64,000 bases of DNA. It comes from Centroscyllium fabricii. Lineage: Eukaryota. The translations under genes were made by a program, and so were the position numbers. Positions 51,201 through 61,662 of this stretch are shown here, piece by piece. A model generated the notes under the pieces. That model searched no databases. It saw only the letters and a program-made list of their open reading frames with translations, and was not told where the DNA came from. Every line of letters starts with the position of its first letter. The first letter of the stretch is position 1. The stretch spans positions 182,094,001-182,158,000 of the forward strand of contig JBNRSN020000007.1 of assembly GCA_051313645.2 (NCBI GenBank), given 5' to 3'.

Positions 51201-52547
51201 GGAAAATGATCCTTAAAGCACCCTCTATTTCCAGGGCTACCTCTTTAAGTACCCTAGGATGTAGATTATCAGGCCCTGGGGATTTGTCGGCCTTCAATCC
51301 CTTCAACTTCCCCAAAACCATCTCCCTAGAAATACTGATATCTGTCAGCTCCTCCCTTGCATTAGACCCTATGTTCGCTGCTATCCCTGGGAGGTTGCTT
51401 GTGTCCTCCTTTGTGAAGACAGTACCAAAATATGAATTTAGTTGGTCTGCCATTTCTTTATTCCCCATTATATATTCCCCTGAATCGGACTGCAAGGGAC
51501 CGACTTGGGATTTTACCAATCTTTTCCTCTTGATGTACCTATAAAAGCTTTTGCAGTCAGTTTTTATGTTTGCCGCCAGCTTACATTCGTAATCTATCTT
51601 CCCCCTCCTGATTAATCCCTTTGTCTTCCTTTGCTGTATCCTGAACTGCTCCCAATCTTCCGGCCTAGTACTTTTTTTGGCCAATTGATATGCCCATTTT
51701 TTGGATTTAATGTTGTCCCTTATTTCCCTTGTTATCCATGGTTGAGTCACCTTTCTAGGTTTATTCTTATGCCAAACCGGTATGAACGAGTTCTGTATTT
51801 CTTCCATCCTATACTTGAATGCTTGCCATTGTCTATCCACATTCAATCCCCCCAGGAACACTGCCCAATCTATCTTGCTTAATTCCCTTCTCATACCTTC
51901 ATAATTCCCTTTATTTAAATTCAGGACCTTAGTCTCTGAGTTGATCTTTTCACTTTCCATCTCAACTGAGAATTCGATCATATTATGATCGCTCCGACCC
52001 AAGGGGCCTCGTACAACTAGATTGCTAATTAGTCCCTTCTCATTGCACAATACCCAGTCTAAGATGGCCTGATCCCAAGTTGGTTCCTCGACATATTGGT
52101 CCAGATACCCGTCCCGTAGACATTCTAGGAATTCCTCCTCCTCAGTATTTTTACTAACTTGGCTAGTCCAATCAATATGTAGATTAAAGTCGCCCATGAC
52201 GACAGCTGTGCCCTTATTGCAAGCTTCTCTAATTTCCCTTTTTATGCCGTCCCCCACCTCCATATTACTATTTGGAGGCCTGTATATAACTCCCACTAAT
52301 GTTTTCCGCCCTTTACTATTTCTTAGTTCTACCCATATAGATTCCGTATCATCTGAGTTAATATCCTTCCTTTCAATTGCATTTATCTCCTCTTTCACCA
52401 GCAATGCCACCCCACCTCCCTTTCTTTTGTGCCGATCCTTTCTGAATGTTGTATACCCCGGGATGTTGAGTTCCCAGCCTTGCCCCCCCTGCAGCCATGT
52501 TTCCGTAATTCCAATCAACTCATATTTGCTTACCTCTATTTCCACAG
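45239..52547 (-). mobile_element. CR1 (HER1-like) LINE, 5'-truncated, ORF2 otherwise open, split by element B
   Basis: EN (GITETW, MGDFN, SDH) and RT open over 50300-52547; C-terminus 45343-45851; (ATTCTATG)n tail at 45239-45262. Confidence 0.95.
45852..50299 (+). mobile_element. Gypsy element B, CsRN1/Kabuki-like, young full-length
   Basis: 244-bp LTRs 45852-46095 and 50056-50299 identical by eye, TSD GTAT, PBS TGGTGACCCCGAC (tRNA-Trp) 46097-46109, PPT; gag-pol from ATG 46186 with TAG at 47872 and frameshift ~48150. Confidence 0.97.
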
Positions 52548-53057
52548 CTTTGAGGGCGTCCAGGGCGCTCTTGTAGGTCGTTTCGCCCTCGATTAAGCTG
52601 AAGAGCTTAGGGCTGACCTGGATCGCAGGACGTTGAGCTTCCACTGGTTTGTGTCCACGGTCAGGCAGGATTCTGCGAGGAAGGCTTCGAAGCAGGAGAC
52701 CCAGTGTGTAAAAGCCTGCTCAGCGCCTGCTGATTGCGGGACGAGGTTGAGTCTATCGGGCCTCAGGAACTTCTCCATCCTCTTTGTAAAACAAACTATG
52801 TGAATAAAATTGATGCACAATCAATTACGCCAGTCGATGATTAGATGTAATCGAGGCTTTTATTCACATAGAACAGGACACAGGTCCGACGATCTTCCAA
52901 GCCAAAGTGAGAGCACTCAGGTGTGCTCTCACTTTTATACCCAGTGGGCGGAGCCTGGGGCGAAGCCGAGGAGCGGAGTCCTCCCAGGTGAGTCCTCCCT
53001 GGCAGGGAGACGTTACGTGCAGTTACAGGCAGGGGACACAAGGGGGAGACATATATA

Positions 53058-53983
53058 ATTCAAATTCAAATTCAAATTCAAATAGCTTTATTGGCATGAA
53101 TGGTATCAACCGTTGTTGCCAAAGCATTGCAACATACATTAAAAAAAATAGTATATTAATAGACATAATAACAACATTACAAACAGAATATATATAACAG
53201 CATCCGTAATTATATCAATAGGTATATAGTTTAAACGCAGTTTGTCACAGTGGTTTAACTGCGATCTGATTGGGACTGGGATGTCCAATGTTCAAGTGTT
53301 CTCTTGTGTCATGGCATGCTGTCACGTATTCTGCAGCTAACTCGAGAAGTTCTGGTGTTTCTCCCAGACATATGCGTATTTTTTCGTCACATGTTTTGCT
53401 GTCATATGATGGGATATTGTTTCTAACTTGATTCAGGAAAGCCCCTCTGAGGGAATCATATGCTGGGCATGAGAGGAGAAAATGGAATTCCGTTTCTATC
53501 TCTCCTGAATCACAATTTTTACATATCCTCTTTTCTCTTGGTGTCCATTGTTTCCTATGGCGTCCCTTTTCTATTTCTAGTTTGTGGTTACTCAGTCTGT
53601 ACATTGTTAATGTCCGTCTTTGTTTGAGGTTTTTTATATTAACAAGGTACTGTGCTAATGTGTAATTTTTATTTAATGATCGATAGCATTCTAATTTGTT
53701 TATATAGTTGATTTCGTGTAGCCAATTTCCGATGTATTCTGATTTATTTTTGTTGTCTATTGTTTTTAGATCTTTGTTTGAAAGATTGTGAAGGGCCTCA
53801 TTTTGGAGATTATGTGTTTCCTTGATATGTTGCAGGCGGTCTGTCTCTGAGCAGAGGGAGTTGCTCATGAATGCTCTGTGTTGGTAGGACTCGGGGTTCG
53901 ACTGGGCTAAGTGGGCCTGAAATTTAATGGCCCTTTTTTCCATGTTGACGGACAGAGGGAACTGACCCAGCTCTGCTCTGCAA
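53058..53983 (-). mobile_element. 3' fragment of a LINE (CR1-group-like, clade undetermined) inside the element C LTR
   Basis: CRAELGQFPL...RLSNHKLEIEKGRH...CKNCDSGEIETEFHFLLSCP zinc finger; AATAAA and (TTTGAA)n tail. Confidence 0.85.
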
Positions 53984-54331
53984 CATACAGTGGTTTACCA
54001 CATTAAGTGGTTCGGAGTTTTCAGTAATCCGGTACCGGCCTGGTCCAGAGGGTGCCGGATTACCGGTGCTCAACCTGTATCACATTTTTTTTTGTTGAAA
54101 ATTCTATGGTTTTTAGACAAGAGGAATAGTCTTCATGAAAGAATGCTTTTTTTGTTTGGAAAGGGAGAAGAGCCACAGGAGCAGAGTTTCATTTTGATCA
54201 TGATGGAGTGATGTGTTGGTGATCCCATATATATTCCAGTGGGATTTATGCCATTATGTTAAGCGTTGCAAAAAAAATATTTTCCCATATATTTTTCACA
54301 AAGCCCGTCAAAATATGTAAATAACTAAATA

Positions 54332-54661
54332 CAAGTTGAGCATCCCAAATCCGGAGTTCCAGAATCCGGACTCTGGGACGATTGGTGGCAGGAGGCCAAA
54401 ATCCGTAAAATGTTCCGGAATCCGGACACCCTGAGGGAGGCTTAACAAAAACCGAAATATGGGCCCAGGCATTTCCATACTTGGCCCCAGGCATTTCCGT
54501 ACTTGGCCCATGTTTTTGACGTCCGAAGTCCGGAAATATCGAAACCTGGGCTCAGGCGTTTCCGGACTTCGGACATCAGAAACACGTTCCGACGTCCGGA
54601 AAAACCTGTAAACCGGCTCGGCCTCGGTCCCGAGGTTGCTGGATTTGGGAGGTTCTACCTG
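54332..54661. mobile_element. Tigger-like MITE
   Basis: TA-CAAGTTGAGCATCCCAAATCC ... GGATTTGGGAGGTTCTACCTG-TA; many TCCGGA repeats. Confidence 0.65.
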
Positions 54662-54869
54662 TATACTGGAATGTTCTGACCACTGTGAGGAGAAACCATT
54701 CAACATCTTCAACCTTCTGTAAACTTGACCTCATCCAAAACTCTGCTGCTCATATCCTAATGCACACCAAATCCTGTTCACCCCTGTGCTCATCAACCTA
54801 TATTGATATAGTCCAGCAATACCATAAATTAAAAAATCTCATCCTTGTTTTCAAATCCATCCATGGCCT

Positions 54870-57800
54870 TGTGGTAAACCACTGTATTGTATTATAGTTC
54901 ACTGCACTGTATTATAGTTCACTGTATTGTATTATAGTTCACTGCACTGTATTATAGTTCACTGTATTGTATTATAGTTCACTGTACTGTATGTATGTAA
55001 CCTGCCTGGACATGCCCCTGCTGACTCCGCCTGTGGCTCCTCCCTCAGACCAAGGTATAAAGGTGACTGTCTCCCAACCCCCCTTCAGTCTGGGACCAGT
55101 CGAATCAGCAGAGGTGTGCTCCTGTTCTTTAGCTAATAAAAGCCTATCTTTTAGTTGCATTACTTCTAGTCTTTTGAGGTTATTGATAGTGCATCAATTT
55201 TATTAGCTAATTTTTTTTACCATGGAGCAAATACTGAAACCTGCAACGCTAGAACTGGATCCTCAATCGCCAGATGCTGCAAACACTTTTGAGCACTGGC
55301 TGAGCTGCTTTGAAGCGTTCCTTCAAGCCTCCAACATTACCGTCCGGACCGACGCTGACAAGCTGCTGGTCCTCAACTCCCGGGTGAGCCCCCGAGTGTA
55401 TTCAATAATCAGAGACGCTACGTCGTATAACGAGGCGATCAGACTCTTAAAAAGTCAATATACTAAGAAGGGCAATGCAGTCTACGCCAGACACCTCCTG
55501 GCTACCCGCAAACAGCAACCCAGGGAATCGAGTGACAAATATCTGCGGGCGCTGAGAGTCCTCGGTCGGGCCGGTAACTGCAAAGCGGTGACGGCCATAG
55601 TAAACACAGAGGAATTGATCAGAGATGCCTATGTCGCCAGCATCAGGTCCAGCTACACCCAGCAAAGACTTCTGGAACAGGGTGGGCTCGACCTACAGAA
55701 AATGATAGAACTCGCTGACTCGCTAGACGTGGCCCTCCGGAACATGGCCGCCTACTCCCCTGACCACGCAGCCGCCTCGTGGATGTCGCGGGCACCGCCA
55801 TCTTGGGACTCGGGAAGGCTGCAAGCCTGCGCCATGCTGCCTCCACCGCGACCCACCAGCGGCCCGACCACTGCTGCGATATCGAGAGGCCCGAAGTGCA
55901 ACTTCTGCAGCCAGGCCAAGCACCCCAGGCAACGCTGCCCGGCGAAGGATGCGATCTGCTCCGGTTGCGGTAAGAAGGGGCACTACCCTAAGGTGTGCAA
56001 GGCCAAACCGGCCTCCAAATCCAGCAGCGCCGCATGGGGGCCGCCATCTTGGACGTTGCCGGCCGCGTGTGAGCCGGGCAGGCCGCCATCTTGGGACCAG
56101 GCCCCCGACTGCCCCACCGCCTCAACGGAGTACGACAGCGACTCATCGAACCCAACGCTGGCCTCCATCACCCTGGATCAATCCAGGCCCCACCAACTCG
56201 CCAGGCCAATGATGAACATTAAGGTAAACGGCCGCGCTACGAACTGTCTGTTTGACTGCGGAGAGCTTCATCCACCCCGATACGGTGCGGCGCTACACTC
56301 TGTCGGTATCGCCAGCAAGCCAAAAGATATCCATGGCTTCCAAGTCCCATACAGCGGACGTCTGAAGCTACTGCGTGGTGACCCTGACTGTGCAGGGCAC
56401 GGAATATAAAAACTTTAAGCTCCTCGTGCTGCCACAGCTCTGTGCTGCCGTGCTATTGGGGATCGACTTCCAATGCCACCTTAAGAGCGTGACAATGGAG
56501 TACGATGGGCCCCTTCTCCCCCTCACTGTCTGCAGCCAGCAGTTTTTAAATTGCCCACAGCGCGCCATCCACAGCCCCACGGCCCCATCTCCCGCTGCCT
56601 ACAGCCAGCAGCCTTTAAATCGCCCACCACGCACCATCTGCAGCCTCTCGACCCTGAAAGTCACCCCTCCTCCGCTGTTCACTCACCTCACCCCAGACTG
56701 TAAGATAGTTGCCACCAAGAGTAGGCGGTACAGTATCAGGGACAGAAACTTTATCAAGTTAGAGGTGCAGCGGCTCCTGAAGGAGGGGATCATTGAGGCT
56801 AGCACCAGCCCCTGGAGAGCCCAAGTGGTGGTCGTAAAGACTGGCGAGAAGCACCGCATGGTCATCGATTATAGTCAGACCATCAATCGATATATGCAGC
56901 TGGACGCGTACCCCTTCCCCGCATATCTGACATGGTCAATCAGATTGCACAATATCAGGTATTCTCCACCATTGATTTAAAGTCTGCATACCACCAGCTC
57001 CCTATCCGCCCGGAGGACCGCCAATATACTGCCTTCGAGGCTGATGGCTGCCTCTACCACTTCCTTACGGTCCCCTTCGGCGTATCCAATGGGGTCTCGG
57101 TCTTCCAGCGGGAGATGGACCGAATGGTTGACCAGAACGGGTACGGGCCACATTCCCATATCTGGATAATGTCACCATCTGCGGCCATGTCCAGCAGGAC
57201 CACGACGCCAACCTCCAGAAATTTCTCCACACCACCAAACTCCTAAACCTGACCTACAACAAGGGGAAATGTGTATTCCGCACAACCCGCCTCGCCATCC
57301 TTAGCTGTGTCGTGGAGAATGGGGTCATCGGTCCCGACCCCGACCGCATGCGCCCCCTCCTGGAACTTCCCCTCCCCCACTGCCTCAAGGCCCTGAAGAG
57401 ATGCCTGGGCTTCTTCTCATATTATGCCCAGTGGGTCCCTAATTAGAGCAGACAAGGCCCGCCGCCTCATCAAATCCACCTCTTTTCCCCTGACGGCAGA
57501 GGCCCGCCTGGCTTTCAACGGTATCAAGGCAGACATTGCCAAGGCCGCAATGCACGCTGTGGACGAATCCACCCCGTTCCAGGTGGAGAGCGATGCATCG
57601 GATTTTGCCCTTATCGCTACCCTTAACCAGGCGGGCAGACCCGTGACCTTCTTCTCACGAACCCTCCAGGGTCCTGAAATTAGACACTCCTCTGTCGAAA
57701 AGGAGGCCCAGGCCATTGTGGAAGCTGTACGGCACTGGAGGCATTACCTGGCTGGTAAACAATCCACCCTGCTGACTGACCAATGTTCAGTTGCCTTCAT

Positions 57801-59394
57801 GTTTAATAATAAGTAGCGGGGCAAAATCAAAAATGACAAGATATTGAGGTGGGGAATCGAACTCTCCACCTACAATTATATCCTGTACCGGCCTGGGAAG
57901 CTCAACGAGCCCCCAGATGCCCTATCCCGCGGTACATGTGCCTGCAGTCCCTCCACAACGACCTCTGCCACCCGGGAGTCACCAGGTTCTTCCACTTCGT
58001 CAAGGTCCGCAACCTAGCTTACTCCATCGAGGAGGTCAGGACCATGACCAGGAACTGCCAGGTCTGCGCGGAGTGCAAACCGCACTTTTATCGGCCGGAC
58101 AGAGCACACCTGATAAAGGCCACCCGCCCTTTCGAGCACCTGAGCGTCGACTTCAAAGGGCCCCTCCCCTCCTCCGACCGCAACGTGTACTTTCTCAATA
58201 TCATTGATGAGTACTCACGTTTGCCTTTTGCCATCCCCTGCCTGGACATGACCTCTGCCACGGTCATTAAGGCCCTGCACAACCTCTTCACCCTGTTCGG
58301 GTACCCCAGCTATATCCATAGTGACCGGGGCCCCTCCTTTATGAGTGATGAGCTGCGTCAGTACCTGCTCGCCAGAGGCATCACCACGAGCAGGACTACC
58401 AGCTACAACCCCCGGGGGAACGGACAGGTAGAGAGGGAGAACGTGACTGTCTGGAAGGCCGCCATACTAGCCCTAAAGTCTAGAGGCCTTCCAGTCTCCC
58501 GCTGGCAGGACATCCTCCCCGACGCATTCCACTCTATCAGATCGCTCCTTTGTACTGCAACCAATGCTACTCCTCAAGAAAAAATGTTGGTCTTCCCTAG
58601 GAAGTCCACCTCAGGGACCTCGCTGCCGTCAAGGCTGACGTCCCCAGGGCCTGTCCTACTCCGGAAGCACGTGAGGGGCCATAAGTCGGACTCCCTGGTC
58701 GAAAGGGTCCATCTCCTCCACGCCAACCCCCAATATGCCTATGTGGCGTTCCCTGACGGGCGGGAGGACACGGTCTCCATTAGAGACCTGGCACCCTCAG
58801 GAGTCCCTGAGACCACCACTACCCACCACCCCGCACCTTCAACCCCCACCGCTACCCACGATGCACCACTGCCATGGCATGTTCTTCCAGCCCCTGTAGA
58901 TAGCACGCCGACGCCCCAGGATCCGTCGCCACGTACCCGCCAACTCGACGCAGCTGAGGACGACACTCCGGTGCTCCAGACTGCCCAGGACTCAACACCG
59001 GAACCTGCACCGCGGCCGGCACTACGACGGTCGCAGCGGCGGACCAGACCCCCCGAAAGACTTAATCTATGGTCAATGTTAATCCGCTTCACCCCGCCGG
59101 AGTCTTTTTTTTAAACAGGGGGTGAATGTGGTAAACCACTGTATTGTATTATAGTTCACTCTGTACTGTATTATAGTTCACTCTACCTGTTGCATGTAAC
59201 CTAGCTGGACATGCCCCTGCCGACTCCGCCTGTGGCTCCTCCCCCAGACCCAGGTATAAAGGTGACCGTCTCCCAACCCCCCTTCAGTCCTGGACCAGTC
59301 GATCAGCAGAGGTATGCTCCTGTTCTTTAGCGAATAAAAGCCTATCTATTACTTGCGTTACTTCTAGTCTTTTGGAGTTATTGATAGTGCATCA
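54870..59394 (+). mobile_element. Mag-like Gypsy element E, degenerate
   Basis: LTRs 54870-55196 and 59127-59394, PPT, gag from 55222, frameshifted PR-RT-RH-IN to 59114; no TSD. Confidence 0.93.
54881..54990 (+). repeat. 20-bp tandem repeat in the element E 5' LTR
   Basis: ACTGTATTGTATTATAGTTC alternating with ACTGCACTGTATTATAGTTC, ~5.5 units; about 2 units in the 3' LTR. Confidence 0.9.
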
Positions 59395-60046
59395 ATGCAC
59401 ACCAAGGTCCCTCTGATCCTCTGTCTTTCCTCGGGTCTTACCATTCATTGTGTATTCCCTTGCCTTGTTAGTCCTTCCAAAATGCATCACCTCACACTTT
59501 TCAGGGTTAAATTCCATTTGCCCATCTGACCAACCCATCTATATCATCCTGCAGGCCAAGGCTTTCCTCCTCGCTATTTACCACCCCACCAATTTTCGTG
59601 TCATCTGTGAACTTTCTGATCATACCTTTTACATTCCTGTCGAAATCATTAATGTAGACTACAAACAGCAAGGGACCCAGCACCGATCCCTGCGGTACCC
59701 CATTGGACACAGGCTTCCAGTCACAAAAACAACCTTCGACCATCACCCTCTGCCTTCTGCCATTAAGCATGTTTTTGTGCCAAGGTGCCCTGGATCCCAT
59801 GGGCTTTTACCTTCTTGACCAGTCTCCTATGCGGGACTTTATCAAAAGCCTCACTGAAATCCATGTATACCACATCCACTGCATTACCCTCATCCACACG
59901 CCTAGTCACCCCCTCGAAAAATTCAATCAAGTTGGTCAGACATGATCTTCCCTTGACAAAGCCATGCTGAGTATCCGTGATTAATCCTTGCCTCTCCAAG
60001 TGGAGACTAATCCTGTCCCTCGGAATTTTTTCCAATAATTTCCCTA
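59395..60046 (-). mobile_element. CR1 LINE RT fragment
   Basis: QHGFVKGRSCLTNLIEFFE, DFSEAFDKVPH, GVPQGSVLGPLLF, FTDD. Confidence 0.9.
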
Positions 60047-61662
60047 TTGTTACTTGTCCTAATATCTCCTTGTATGATTCAGTGTCAAATTTTGTTTGAT
60101 AATGCTCCAGTGAAGCACCTTGAGATGTTTTACTACATTAAAGGCGCTATATAAATGTAAGTTATTGTTGGTGTGAGTATGTTTATAAACTCTATGGCAG
60201 CTCACCCGGTAACCTGGTGGCTCAAGTGGTGACTGAACCGCTTATCATGGCACTGAGCCATATGGACCTGGTTTGTGCTCCGTTGATTCAAGGCGGCTTT
60301 CAGGCAGTCAGCTCCCTAGGGAGCTCTTTATTAAGCAACTCTATCCTTGGCCATCCACTGCGATCCTTTGCCCTTTCTCCCCCAATCTGCTCTCTTCCAC
60401 TCCTTAAGTTCCCCTGGCTCTAATAGTGGTTGCATTTTAGTCCCAACAACAAGTTAACGGCTAGTTTAAGCCGCCACTGCCCCCCCCTGCCTCCCCCCAC
60501 CCCCCACCACCCCCCCCCCCCACCCCCCCCCCCCGCCCCCCCACCAACCCTGCTCTTTATTTTCTTCAGTGAGCACTGGATCTTTTCTCAAATTTGGCTT
60601 CCAAATTCCTGAATTCTCTGGACATCAAGACTACGCTTCTACACTGGACTACACTGCAAGACTCAGATGCTGTGTCTCTGATATACTGCTCAGTTGCTTA
60701 AATTTTAAAGTAACTTTGATCAGGTTTCGACACTCCCCCTCCACATCCCCACCCGCACCCCAGTCTGCTGTTGCCTGCTGAGCCTGTGACTGTTCAACTG
60801 TTTCTACTGGTTTTTCAGCTTCAGCTGCAGTCTGGTTCCAGGCCACAGTTTCATGCTCCTGGGCCAAGGGCCAAAGTACATTTCTTCGCCGCTTCTGGAT
60901 CTTATGACGACCTCAAACGTCGCCACCGTTTTTTCTCTGCTACGCAACCGATTCTGCACACCTCCTGGCTATTCATTCCCACAGAAATACCTCCATCACT
61001 GCGTCCTCCGATATTCTACCCTTCAAATAGCTTCTGGACTTCACTTGCCCATCACACTGTCTCTGAACTTGGACAACAGCTCATGGATGCTCCATGCAGA
61101 CTCCACCCTACCGACGTCAACTTTATCCCACCACAGGACCTCTGACTGCCTCCTATTGTCTCCTTTCTAATCCCCATTTACTACCAGGATATATGTGTCC
61201 TTGTGACAGAGACCACATAGGGACAGTAACACAATTCACTATGTATAGCCAATGTTGTTATTGCTCCATATTATGTACCGAACTTGGTTGGGTTATCGGG
61301 GCAGGGTCCCTTTAAGAGTCGTTCGGCAGAGTCCCTTTAAGAGTCATCGATGGGTGATGACATCATCAGTCCTGCGACGGGACCTGGTCCCTCAGTCCAT
61401 GTGGGGAGTGAATAAAGCTAACACCTATTTTGTGTTGTTGCTACAAAAGTCTTGCAGTCTGTTTATTTCCATCGACTCCTACATCCTAATAATTGTTACA
61501 TAACTAGGCCTATGTAACTTGAGTTTTCCCTGTGTCCATTCACGTGCGCATTTTGGCCGCCGCTCCAGACCCGAGCACTTCACCTCTATTTTCACTTTTT
61601 TTCTCCCCCTTTTTTACTTCTTTTCGCTTTACCCCTCTTAGAACCCTCTCTCCTGTCATCAT

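Larger units (their letters stand above)
39208..54002 (-). mobile_element. Mag-like Gypsy element C (5' LTR + gag + RT scrap), host of several nested insertions
   Basis: LTR 52811-53057 + ~53984-54002; gag pieces 52548-52778, 44606-45238, ~39310-39505; RT scrap DLKSAYHQLPI...YHFLR at 39208-39305. Confidence 0.8.

Noticed and set aside
50236-52644. 802-aa ORF as a novel gag-LINE fusion gene
   Set aside because: Chance in-frame junctions of element C gag, CR1 ORF2 and the element B LTR.
54881-54990. Regular short repeats as a CRISPR-like array
   Set aside because: Head-to-tail tandem units without unique spacers, inside a eukaryotic LTR.
60478-60550. Poly-proline ORF
   Set aside because: Simple C-rich tract with no splice or coding support.
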